From Candidatus Poribacteria bacterium (lineage in GTDB: Bacteria > Poribacteria > WGA-4E > WGA-3G): 64,000 bases of DNA. Both the position numbers and the translations under genes were made by a program. Each line of letters starts with the position of its first letter. Position 1 is the stretch's first letter. The notes beneath the pieces are model-generated. The model saw nothing but the letters and a program-made list of their open reading frames with translations, did no database searches and was not told the DNA's origin. Below are positions 39,838-49,191 of the stretch, piece after piece. The stretch spans positions 2,240,001 to 2,304,000 of the forward strand of contig OZ242029.1 in assembly GCA_965205015.1 (NCBI GenBank), written 5' to 3'.

Positions 39838-41459
39838 TTAATGCTTTTGATTCAATCCAAGCCATGCCAACACATCTTCCAATGCTTTATCCGCCTTCTC
39901 GCGGGCGATGCGTGCCTCCGTTAAATCCGCCAGAATCTCATTCACTGGACGGTGTTCAACCTTATCACCGACATCCACAAACTGGGAGGGACTCAGGTTG
40001 TAATCTGTTTTTGGGCATCCTTCAGTGTGATCACACGGCTCAATTTCTCACGAGATTCCCACGCCTGATAGACCTCCGTCGCGGCATCAATTCCTTCATC
40101 GGTCAGAATATTTTTCGGTTTTCCCTTCTCGAAATGCTGAGAGAGATTGATGAGCAGTATCTGATCTTTACGTTCTGCTGGCTTGCTGCGGTTCAATAGG
40201 AAAATAATACCCGGCGCGCTGGTATTATAAAACAGGTTTTCGGGTAGAAAGACCACACCTTCGATCAGGTCTGCTTCAACAAACTTTTTACGGATATCGC
40301 GCTCCCGATCAGTGTTCTGACTCCCGGAACCGCGAGAGACTGCACCGGTATCCAGCACAATCGCAGCGCGACCATTGTCTGTTAGAGACGCAAGAATATG
40401 CTGCACCCATCCCCAATCTGCTGAGGAGCTCGGCGCGATTCCGTAAGAAAATCGGTTCCAACTGTCGCTCTCGTAAAAAGCGTCGTCATACTCCTTCTGA
40501 TTCCACATCGGATTGGCGAGTACATAGTCAAAACGTTGCAGCGATGAATTGTTCGCAACGAAACGGGGGTTACGGAAGGTGTCGCCTATCTGGATATCTG
40601 CGCCGATGAAATCGTGCAGAAAGGCGTTCATTTTCGCCATGGCGTAGGTGGTGGGAGTCAATTCCTGTCCGTAGATTTGGGGTGCTTGGCTTGTGTCGTC
40701 TGGACGTGTCTGCTCGAATAGCAGACGGGGTTTAATAAGCAGACCGCCAGAGCCGCACGCGGGGTCATAAATGGTGGTGTAGGGTTCGGGATTGATTAAC
40801 CACCCGACCTCCTTCGGAGTGTAGAATTCACCCGCGCTCTGTCCTTGCCCTTCGGCGAACTTCCGTAGCAGATACTCATAGGCGCGACCGAGGATATCTG
40901 GTTCCGTGTCCTGCAGTCCAAGCCGATGGCGGCTTAGCACTTCAATCAACGCCTCCAGTCGTTCCTCGTCAAGCGTGCGTTGTCCGCTTTGGCTCTCGTT
41001 GAAGTCCTTCACGTCAAGGACACCTTGCAAGAGTGGGTTAAGACGTGCGACCTCACGCATCGCCTCAGTGACAAACTCTCCCAAATGCCCGTCGGCGGGG
41101 TGGTTGCGAAGTGTCTCCCAATGATATTCCTGCGGAATGTAAAAACGGACAACCGGGTTGCCTCCCGTTTTCAGTGCGTTTTCAAGGTCTAAATCAATGA
41201 TTTCCCGTGCGGTTTCTTCATCACCGAATTCTTCTATCTGTTTCGCGAATTCGTCATCAAACACGTCGGAGAGCCGTTTGTAGAAGATCAGTGGTAGGAT
41301 GAAGTCCTTGAATTTTGGGGCATCGCTCGCGCCTCGAATGGTATTCGCGGCATCCAATAGCCATGTTTCGAGGGTGGAGATATCCAAGTGCTCATCGTTC
41401 TCGGATGGGAAAGGAAGTGTGGTTTGGCCTGTATCTGTTTCGGTGTTCTTTTTCGGCAA
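39838..41459 (-). pseudogene. hsdM: Type I R-M methyltransferase HsdM with a frameshift near the C-terminus
   Basis: GRAYEYL, GEFYTP, DPACGSGG, ANPMWN; ORF stops at 39993 but the typical tail DYNLSPSQFV...LAWLGLNQKH* continues in another frame to 39838 across the T5 run 40008-40012. Confidence 0.85.
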
Positions 41460-41580
41460 TGGTTGGTTTCCTCTGGGGAATAGTTATCAGTTATCGGTTG
41501 TCAGTAGGCGAGGTGTTTTTGCTGGGGTGTTTCCCTAGGAACCTCGCCAGCGGCGCGAAGGAGCGTTCTTGAGGAGCGAT

Positions 41581-41731
41581 GCGGTTGATGAAGTTTAATA
41601 AAATATTTCGGTAATTGATGGGAGACCATGAATTGCCCTACTACAAACGGGATTGCTCGTAGTCGTGCGATTTATCGCACGTCCAATAATTACCGAATTA
41701 AAAAGTTAATCTTCATCAAACCACACCTACC
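41581..41731. repeat. Nested composite palindromic element (outer IR, inner IR, two divergent GTAG REPs)
   Basis: GGTTGATGAAG...CTTCATCAAACC; TTCGGTAATT(41607)/AATTACCGAA(41688); REPs at 41620-41644 (-) and 41659-41681 (+). Confidence 0.65.
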
Positions 41732-41741
41732 AGGTCTGGAA

Positions 41742-42491
41742 TTAGCGTTTGAGCTCTGCCCACTGTATTGCTAACTTGCCGTGTGGTTCAACGGGCAGAA
41801 ACGTTTCAACGCCCTCCATTATCAGGCTGATCTCGTCCTCATCTAACGCACGGGTAAAGACTGCATAATCGTCCATTATACCGGCAAACGTCTCGCCGCC
41901 GGAGCCGCCAAGACGGTAGGTCACATTGTTACCGCGTGTCTCTTGGAAGTCGGTCTCAGCGACCATATCGCCGTTCGCGTAAATCCTGAATTTATCGCCA
42001 TCACCTTGGACGATAACATGCATCCACTTATCCTTTTCGACGATCCCACCTTCGCTCTGACACAGCACTGTCCACCCGGCGACCTGTCCGCGCCAAGAGA
42101 GGAGGCCTTGAACTTTGTTGAGGAAGAAGGTATTATGCCCCGAAGCCGTCGGGAGACTCCGCCAGATATGCTCCCACTCGGTCCCCTCAAAATTCGGTTT
42201 AATCCAAGCGGAAATCGTGAAGGGATCTGCTTTGAAGATGTCTCCGTGGAGGGAATCGGAAACTTGCAGTTGGACAAAAGCCATTGCATCTAACTCGATA
42301 GCGTCTCCAAATTTGCCTTTAACCCAATTGGATCCGCCGTCAATCTCGCCATCGTTTCCGTTTCCAGATGCATCCTCCGCATTACCCTCAAAGGGGAAGT
42401 ATGCCACCAAATCTGGATCCTCACCCGCAATTCCTATAGTGGTGCTCATCATCATCAAGGTGACTGCCAAAGTTAACATAAAGACTTTCAT
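41742..42491 (-). CDS. Secreted LamG (ConA-like) domain protein with C-terminal KLxxxW tail
   Basis: Signal peptide; LVAYFPFEGNAEDASGNG, GKFG.A, FTISAWI, F.G.MDD...TRAL; ends LPVEPHGKLAIQWAELKR. Confidence 0.9.
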   Translation of the reverse strand: MKVFMLTLAVTLMMMSTTIGIAGEDPDLVAYFPFEGNAEDASGNGNDGEIDGGSNWVKGKFGDAIELDAMAFVQLQVSDSLHGDIFKADPFTISAWIKPNFEGTEWEHIWRSLPTASGHNTFFLNKVQGLLSWRGQVAGWTVLCQSEGGIVEKDKWMHVIVQGDGDKFRIYANGDMVAETDFQETRGNNVTYRLGGSGGETFAGIMDDYAVFTRALDEDEISLIMEGVETFLPVEPHGKLAIQWAELKR

Positions 42492-42538
42492 CGGAATCGC
42501 TCCTTTTAAGTAGTTCGTTATTGAGAAAGACTCAAAAA

Positions 42539-42850
42539 CTAAGACGTACCGCGCCTTTGCTTCTTTTCCCATTCCCTTGCACCTTCTCGCGTCGTCCTAT
42601 TGCCAACCCGCTGGATATGGACATCTTTACCGTAATTCCGTTGGTGCTCCTTTTCGCGGCGGTCTAAGTCGTTAGTAATCCCACTACGGATAATTTGGTT
42701 ACCGCGCTTTAGATGGTATTTATAGGTATCACGTTTAGGTTCTATAGGGACGCCTCTCGCCTCAAGTACCTCTTTTACTGCTCGTTCAATTTTTGATTTT
42801 GAAAGTTTCCCTCGCTTGGGCGGATATTTGACGACTCTTTGTCTTGGCAT
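42539..42850 (-). CDS. Small basic protein with a minimal GIY-YIG-like domain
   Basis: YKYHL...SGITNDLDRREKEH...A.EWE. Confidence 0.6.
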   Translation of the reverse strand: MPRQRVVKYPPKRGKLSKSKIERAVKEVLEARGVPIEPKRDTYKYHLKRGNQIIRSGITNDLDRREKEHQRNYGKDVHIQRVGNRTTREGAREWEKKQRRGTS

Positions 42851-42920
42851 TCTACTTACCTACTCGGTTTCACCTATGTAGAGATTTTTCGGAAAACGAC
42901 TCTATCCCTTTCTCCTTAAA

Positions 42921-42950
42921 AGTATATCATAAATTTTTGTAAATCGTCAA
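42921..42950 (-). promoter_or_regulatory. Putative sigma70 promoter for the GIY-YIG-like gene
   Basis: TTGACG-N18-TATACT with TGn extension. Confidence 0.5.
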
Positions 42951-42961
42951 CCTTTAGGGAA

Positions 42962-44325
42962 GGTCACTTACCCCCATTTTTTTCTGAAGGTTTGTGGTGA
43001 AAGGTTTTAGTTGTAAAAAGTGTGAGAAACTCAGTGGGTTTATGATAAAATACCTCCTTACAGCAACTGTTTGTAAACGCATTTTACAAAACATGTAAGG
43101 AGGTATTTTATGAAAAAGAGATACCCAAAACGGGTAAATCCAGAAACGATGATAACACGTTTTGGAGAAATCTTCAAGTCTGTTGGTATGAAAAAACCGG
43201 TTTTTCGGAATCTGGTATTGGTCTTGATAGCGATCAGTGTTGCCCCGACGTTTCGGATCAATGAAGTTGCGTCGCGTTTGTCGCTCGTCGTCAAGCGGGA
43301 GAAGTCGAAACAGAAAAGGTTTCTGCGTTTCCTTGACACCCCACTGCCGATTGATGCGCTCAAAGAAGCGTGGTTCGTGTCGGTTGTGGGTTGGTTTTTC
43401 AAGGATGCGGGTGCTCATCTGTATTTGCTCGTTGATGAGACGTCTCTGATTGCCGGGTGGAAAGCCCTTGTTGTTTCGATCCCGTTTCGGCATCGTGCGA
43501 TCCCTGTCTTTTGGTTCATCTATAGCGATCACCAGCTTCACGAGGGTATCTATAAGAGTCATAATGAGATTATCCAATACTTCTGTGTCCATGTTTATCA
43601 AGAGGCTTTAGGGGTGGTGTCGCGGCATCAACAACGACCTGTTCTGGTGTTTGACCGTGGTTTTGGGCGTGCGCGATACGTCATCAAGTTTCTCAAGGCA
43701 CGGGATATCCCGTTCGTGATGCGTGTTGCGAGAAATGTCGGTATCCGGCATGATGGGAGTCTGAAGAAACTTGATGACCTCGAAGCGGGCTGGTATCGGC
43801 ATATCCTTTATCAGGCGCAGGAGCAGATACCGCTTCAACTCTATATCCTCAGAGATGAGACCTTCAAAGACCCGATGTATCTTATCTCCAATCGCCTCAG
43901 TGGACATCAGATACATCACTGCTACAAACGCCGCATGCAGATTGAACACGGGTTTCGAGATATAAAGTCGTGCTTCGGATTTGGTAAACTCGTCTTGAAA
44001 AAACCGACACAAGCGCGTCTGGAGGTCCTTTGGTTATGTGCCTGCCTCGCTTATGGATTGCTGTTTATCAGTTACGAGAAGGTCGCCTCTACGCATTGGC
44101 AGAGGGCATATAATAGTAATAACAGAAAAACTTTTTCTGTTATTACTATTATCAAACGCGTGCTCACCGACTTATGGAACCAACACTTTCTTATCTCCTT
44201 TTTCACCGAGATAGGTGCCAGAGGGGATCCACTTTTCGGACCCACTCACTGACTGACTTTCTCACAGAAAAACCTGACTACATCAACTACAATCTACTCT
44301 CGAAAAAAAATGGGGGTAAGTGACT
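42962..44325 (+). mobile_element. IS4-superfamily-like insertion sequence, about 1.36 kb
   Basis: 21-bp TIR GTCACTTACCCCCATTTTTTT (42963-83) with its inverse ending at 44324; flanking (T)TAGGGAA direct repeats. Confidence 0.9.
43110..44252 (+). CDS. DDE transposase (IS4-like, YREK motif)
   Basis: LVDET, FDRGF, Y(2)R(3)E(6)K = YKRRMQIEHGFRDIK. Confidence 0.92.
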   Translation: MKKRYPKRVNPETMITRFGEIFKSVGMKKPVFRNLVLVLIAISVAPTFRINEVASRLSLVVKREKSKQKRFLRFLDTPLPIDALKEAWFVSVVGWFFKDAGAHLYLLVDETSLIAGWKALVVSIPFRHRAIPVFWFIYSDHQLHEGIYKSHNEIIQYFCVHVYQEALGVVSRHQQRPVLVFDRGFGRARYVIKFLKARDIPFVMRVARNVGIRHDGSLKKLDDLEAGWYRHILYQAQEQIPLQLYILRDETFKDPMYLISNRLSGHQIHHCYKRRMQIEHGFRDIKSCFGFGKLVLKKPTQARLEVLWLCACLAYGLLFISYEKVASTHWQRAYNSNNRKTFSVITIIKRVLTDLWNQHFLISFFTEIGARGDPLFGPTH

Positions 44326-44430
44326 TAGGGAACACCTGCACACGCTTTCGATTTTATGAAAATCTCACATCTTCTGAAGAAAAAAGGTGTAGTTTGGCAC
44401 TAAAGAAACAAATGATATTAGGAGAAAAGT

Positions 44431-45333
44431 GTGAAATTATTTTCTGTTGTTCTGGTACTTGTCTTTCTGGCTTGGAACCGTGTGGTGATTCCAGAGGAAA
44501 TAGTAACCCCTTTGAAGGCTGTTAAAGTGCTTCCAGTAGAAGGTCCTGAAAATAACCAACCCTCTGGCTTGACGATTTTCAATAACACTTTATTTACAGT
44601 CTCTGACAAACACGACGACACTATTTTTCGTATCCAACTTAACGGCAATAAAGCCGTTTTAGTGCCGCATGTTCAATTTGAACCGTCAGAACTTGTTACA
44701 GAAAAGGCTCTTGACTTTGAAGGGATCACGTGTGATAGCGAAGGTAACTTTTACATTATCAGCGAAAGCACTTTCAGAATTCTTCGAGTGAGTGCTGATG
44801 GAAAAGAGGTTTCTTGGGTCTCTCCCAGTTTACAGTCTTATGGGGAAAAAGTCGGGCTTTTTCAAACCCGAGGGGCTTATTTGGAAGGAATTACCTTCGT
44901 TGACGAAAATCAATTTGTTGTTTGCGCGGAGAGGCAACCCCGAGGAATTATTGAAGTCAATACCGACACAACGCCTCCAAAAATTACAGCATTCAAATAT
45001 AATACCACCAGAGCCGAGCTGCCAAAAGACAGAAATCCCGATTTCACTGGACTCTTTTGGGAAAACGAAATTCTCTATACGCTCCAAAGAAACGCTTACG
45101 TATTATGCAAGTTAGTTAAAAACCAGCAGGGATTTGAGGAAGAAAATTTCTGGTCATACAAAGCCATTGTGACTCGCGAAGAATTCCAATATGAGAATAT
45201 GATATTTGGGAGAGCCGAAGGGCTATGCATGGACAAAGATTACGTGTATGTGATCCTTGATAATAATGGTGACGCGAGGCGCGCAGTTCCAAGTGACCGG
45301 AGGCCTCTGCTATTAATTATGGAACGCCCTTAA
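44431..45333 (+). CDS. Secreted beta-propeller (phytase-like esterase/SdiA-regulated-like)
   Basis: PSGL, VSD, DFEGI, LEGI, AEGL, LDNNG blade motifs. Confidence 0.7.
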   Translation: MKLFSVVLVLVFLAWNRVVIPEEIVTPLKAVKVLPVEGPENNQPSGLTIFNNTLFTVSDKHDDTIFRIQLNGNKAVLVPHVQFEPSELVTEKALDFEGITCDSEGNFYIISESTFRILRVSADGKEVSWVSPSLQSYGEKVGLFQTRGAYLEGITFVDENQFVVCAERQPRGIIEVNTDTTPPKITAFKYNTTRAELPKDRNPDFTGLFWENEILYTLQRNAYVLCKLVKNQQGFEEENFWSYKAIVTREEFQYENMIFGRAEGLCMDKDYVYVILDNNGDARRAVPSDRRPLLLIMERP

Positions 45334-45396
45334 TTGGCTTCCGCGAATCCACGATTATCAACAGTTTGAACAGGGGACCTTAAAGGAAAAAGAAAC

Positions 45397-45717
45397 ATGC
45401 ACTTAGAAGACATCATCGCCAGAGCACGACATATACGAGTGCTTTATGAAGACTATGAGCGGGAAAATTATGGACGTGAGTGGTCAACGGCTGAAATTGT
45501 CTTGGGACTCATGGGGGACCTTGGGGATTTGGCGAAACTAATTCAAGCCCATTTAGGTATCCGTGGGACACTACCCACGCAAGAAATTGAGGCGAAATTA
45601 GCACATGAATTGGCAGATTGCCTTTGGTCGGTTTTGGTTCTATCGGACAAATTGCAGATTAATCTTGAAGATGCCTTTGTTGCCACAATGGATGAATTGG
45701 AAGAGCGTTTTAAATAA
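45397..45717 (+). CDS. MazG-like nucleotide pyrophosphohydrolase
   Basis: GDLGDLAK...HELADCLW..LVL. Confidence 0.8.
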   Translation: MHLEDIIARARHIRVLYEDYERENYGREWSTAEIVLGLMGDLGDLAKLIQAHLGIRGTLPTQEIEAKLAHELADCLWSVLVLSDKLQINLEDAFVATMDELEERFK

Positions 45718-45728
45718 CACTCATATCT

Positions 45729-46943
45729 TCATAAATCCGAATGAGCAATCTTCGCATAGACTCCATGAAGTTTCTCGCCGATGCTTCTCCAATCGTAATC
45801 CCGCTCCACACGAGCACGTCCATTTTCACCGATCCGACGGCGAAGTGAGGCCTCCGTGAGCAATCGGGTGACCGCTTCGGCAAAGACCGTGGGTTCGTCG
45901 GCGATGAAGATCTCCTCGCCGTCTTTGAGATCCAATCCCTCTGCCCCGACTGAGGTAGAGACAATCGCCTTACCCATCGCCAACGCCTCAAGGATTTTCA
46001 GACGGGTGCCGCTTCCGATCCGCAGCGGCACGACAAAAACCGTCGCTTCGGCAAAATACGGCTTGATCTCCGGGACACGTCCCGTCACAACGACCCCTTT
46101 TCTCTCCGCCAACTTTTGGACACGCGCCGATGGATTCCCACCAACAATCGAGAATCTGACATCGGGGACGCGCTCTTGAATCCGTGGCAGGACCTCATCC
46201 GCAAAGAAGCCGACAGCGTCCTCATTGGGATACCAGTCCATACTCCCGATATAGATCAGATGTGCCGGAACTTCAGCGGAAAAATCTGGCAGGTAGTGTG
46301 TAACATCAACACCGTTTGGGATTATCTCAATAGTATTTTTCGCACAATGTCGTTGGAATACGGCGGCATCAATGTCAGAGGTACACGCCACCGCATCGAA
46401 CTTTGGGCTTAGCACCCGCTCATACCGTTGAAATGCGAGTTGCTGCGTCCAGTACGCGAATTTATAGAACGGATTGATAGTTTCACGGCAGAGTCGCCGC
46501 CAGATTGCAGAATCGACGTTCTGTTGTGAAAGCACACTCGGCAGGCGCGCTTCTGTATGGAATTGCGCTGTGTGAAACATTTCATAATGGACGAGATCAA
46601 AGGTTCCGGTTGCGATTAATTCTTTAAATTTCTGGCGGTAGGTGGGAAGATCGTAACGGGCAACGGTGATCGGTTGTCGTTTGAGGGACGCTTTAAGAAG
46701 CGTACCGAATGATACAGGGGGAAGCGTCTGCGCGTTTGGGACGAGGTGGACCTGAATTCCTAACTGCTGGAGTTGCGCAACACCTTCCGCATCCGTCGGT
46801 TGTGTCTCCAAGGCGAGCAGAGTTACATCGTCTTTCGTGGCAATCTGTTTGAGGAGGTTAAATACCCGAATACGGCCCCCATCGGTGAGTGGAAATGGCA
46901 CGGTAGGCGATAGGAAGAGGATCCGCATTTTTTCGTCAGACAT
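45729..46943 (-). CDS. Glycosyltransferase family 4
   Basis: PFPLTDGGRIR, GSMDWYPN, GSGTRLKILEALAMG. Confidence 0.92.
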   Translation of the reverse strand: MSDEKMRILFLSPTVPFPLTDGGRIRVFNLLKQIATKDDVTLLALETQPTDAEGVAQLQQLGIQVHLVPNAQTLPPVSFGTLLKASLKRQPITVARYDLPTYRQKFKELIATGTFDLVHYEMFHTAQFHTEARLPSVLSQQNVDSAIWRRLCRETINPFYKFAYWTQQLAFQRYERVLSPKFDAVACTSDIDAAVFQRHCAKNTIEIIPNGVDVTHYLPDFSAEVPAHLIYIGSMDWYPNEDAVGFFADEVLPRIQERVPDVRFSIVGGNPSARVQKLAERKGVVVTGRVPEIKPYFAEATVFVVPLRIGSGTRLKILEALAMGKAIVSTSVGAEGLDLKDGEEIFIADEPTVFAEAVTRLLTEASLRRRIGENGRARVERDYDWRSIGEKLHGVYAKIAHSDL

Positions 46944-47988
46944 CTATAACGGCTGCCTCGTCAATGGTGATTTCCTGATTTGTAGCGTCGATGCGAGCCC
47001 TCATGCCCATGGGAATAACGAACATTGGATCGGTGTGTCCGAAGTCCATATTGGTGACAATCGGCATCTCATTTAACCCGTATTCCTCACGGACGGTTTC
47101 ACAGAGGGCAGTGTCGTACTCGTGAAAGGTGTCGGGATCAACACCACCGCCGGGGCGTCCGAGGAGTATACCGCCAAGTCCTTCGAGAATACCCATCGCG
47201 GCGAGGCATCTCACAAACTCCGTTAGGAACGAGGGTGGCGGTGCGTCTTCCGAAGTTTCCAAGAAAAGAACAGCACCTCGAAGATCGGTGGGAGCCGGAA
47301 AAAAGTCGGTGCCTCGGAGCCAGTCCAAAACCTCAACACAGCCCCCAAAAAGTTGTCCTTCAATGACCCCTTCCTCCTGATGAAACTTCCAACCGGTACA
47401 GGGGTTCAATTTTCGGCGAACTGACTGATTTTCTGGATTCTCCCACGGCAAATATTCGACTGTCCATCCTGTGCGGTTCGGTTCAAGAACGCCAATCGGT
47501 TCGGTAGAAAAGAGGGTCCGCCGGACGGAATCCACCATGTATGGAAACATCCCACAGTTTTCGGCAAACCCTGCCATGAACGAGGGACCGTAGAACGACA
47601 CGAGACCCACTTTAAAACAAGCAGCGTGCGATATAGTGGTATCCGAGAAGCCCATGAAGACCTTGGGATTATTCCGAATTACATCCAAATCGAGGTATGG
47701 GAGGGTGCGAATGGAATCTTCACCACCGATCGTTGAGATGATACCGTCAATTGTACTATCGGCGAAAGCCGCCATCAGATCGTCGGCACGCGCTTTGGGA
47801 TTTTTGGAGAGCCAGACTGCATTCCGCAAAGCGTGTTCCGTTTCGATAACCGTCACGCCGAATTCTTCTTCAAATTGATGTTTACCTATCTCGTAGCGGT
47901 AGGGAACAGTGCCGGGACCCCCCCAAGAGAGCGAAATCGCTGCGATACGGCTACCGGGACGTAGCAGCTTGGGTTTTATTTTATCCAT
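46936..47988 (-). CDS. S66 family LD-carboxypeptidase/MccF-like peptidase
   Basis: RADDL, IGGED, GFSDTT, LFLETSE, DFGHTDP. Confidence 0.92.
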   Translation of the reverse strand: MDKIKPKLLRPGSRIAAISLSWGGPGTVPYRYEIGKHQFEEEFGVTVIETEHALRNAVWLSKNPKARADDLMAAFADSTIDGIISTIGGEDSIRTLPYLDLDVIRNNPKVFMGFSDTTISHAACFKVGLVSFYGPSFMAGFAENCGMFPYMVDSVRRTLFSTEPIGVLEPNRTGWTVEYLPWENPENQSVRRKLNPCTGWKFHQEEGVIEGQLFGGCVEVLDWLRGTDFFPAPTDLRGAVLFLETSEDAPPPSFLTEFVRCLAAMGILEGLGGILLGRPGGGVDPDTFHEYDTALCETVREEYGLNEMPIVTNMDFGHTDPMFVIPMGMRARIDATNQEITIDEAAVIDV

Positions 47989-49054
47989 CGGGAAATCTGA
48001 CGCTCTCCTTCAATCTGTCAATGAGTACGAGCAGCCGTTCCTTGGCTTGCTGGCGTGAACTCAACGTCGGAGGGGGTGGTTCAAAAATAGTCCCGCGCTC
48101 GCTTTGCACCCAGCCTTTTGTGCTGTCGTCAACCTTAATACGGAGCCATCTGCTCTCAAGATCGAGATAAACCTTCAATCGATTGTTCTCACTTCGGATA
48201 TTATATTTCAAGGGAGGACTATTTATCTGCCAACGCATACCGTCTGTGCCTGCTGACACCCGCGCCCGTCGCGATAGCGGTATCTTCTCCGCAACAAATT
48301 CTTGGAGCAATTTGGAAGGTAACTTTCCTTGTGCGAGGGAATCCTGCGATGCCGCATCCGCCTCAAACAGAAACGTCAGAATTTCAAACTTCGATAATTG
48401 AAAAACGTTGAGCTTCCCTTCACCCTTCACAACGCTGTAAGCCTGCTTATATCCGTTATCTTTGATGAGCCACCGTCTGTTTGCTTGTTTAGTGGAGATT
48501 TCCAAATCCTGTGAGAGTGAAATTTTGTTTGCGTCAAACGCCTCCCTTAGATCGGGGAGATAGACCTCAACATTGCTGTCAGCTTTCACGACTGTATAAG
48601 CAGCCCCTATGGTATCCCTGAGGAGCCATTCTTCGCCACTTAGCAAAACTTCAATAGGGGATGCGCTCGGACGGAATCGAATATCTTTTGTCATATCCGA
48701 AAACATCTTTTGCCAATCCGTTCCTGTCTTCAAAGACGCGTCCAAACGGGCTGTTTTCAATCTCGCACGATGCGCCAACCCCGCTGTAAATAGAAGTTCA
48801 CGCTCCAATTTACGGCTATTCAGGTTGCTAATGAATTGTGGGTCCAAACTAAAGCGGTAAACATCTTTAGTATATACAATCGGCTTCGAGTCAACCGTGG
48901 GTCTTCCGCGTAGGGCTGTCCGTGTGTGGATTTGGAGTTTCGGTACCTTTTTCTGCTCAACCGGTGGGGCTTGGAGGAGATAGACACAGATGCCAAAACC
49001 GATCGCAAAGATAAAAATAATGAGAAATGTGAGTCTTTTCAAAAACGCTTTCAT
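47981..49054 (-). CDS. Membrane-anchored hypothetical protein with internal repeats and SH3b-like segments
   Basis: N-terminal TM; three W.(I/L)...Y.(V/I)...(L/V).V(Y/F) repeats; WLRIK...GWV. Confidence 0.7.
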   Translation of the reverse strand: MKAFLKRLTFLIIFIFAIGFGICVYLLQAPPVEQKKVPKLQIHTRTALRGRPTVDSKPIVYTKDVYRFSLDPQFISNLNSRKLERELLFTAGLAHRARLKTARLDASLKTGTDWQKMFSDMTKDIRFRPSASPIEVLLSGEEWLLRDTIGAAYTVVKADSNVEVYLPDLREAFDANKISLSQDLEISTKQANRRWLIKDNGYKQAYSVVKGEGKLNVFQLSKFEILTFLFEADAASQDSLAQGKLPSKLLQEFVAEKIPLSRRARVSAGTDGMRWQINSPPLKYNIRSENNRLKVYLDLESRWLRIKVDDSTKGWVQSERGTIFEPPPPTLSSRQQAKERLLVLIDRLKESVRFPDG

Positions 49055-49191
49055 ATTTTTGTCCTACTGCTGAACTTTTTTCTCTTTAAACGGATATTCG
49101 GAAAAACCGGTTGACATTAAGTTGCTGACAGTCCACAATTAACTTCAAAAAATCTCTGTGTATTTCATTATTGTCTACGATTTGGAAAAAT

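Noticed and set aside
39411-40199. 262-aa plus-strand ORF
   Set aside because: Antisense to the hsdM tail and the DUF433 fusion gene; no motifs
42954-43601. 215-aa minus-strand ORF in the IS
   Set aside because: Antisense to the transposase and runs through the TIR
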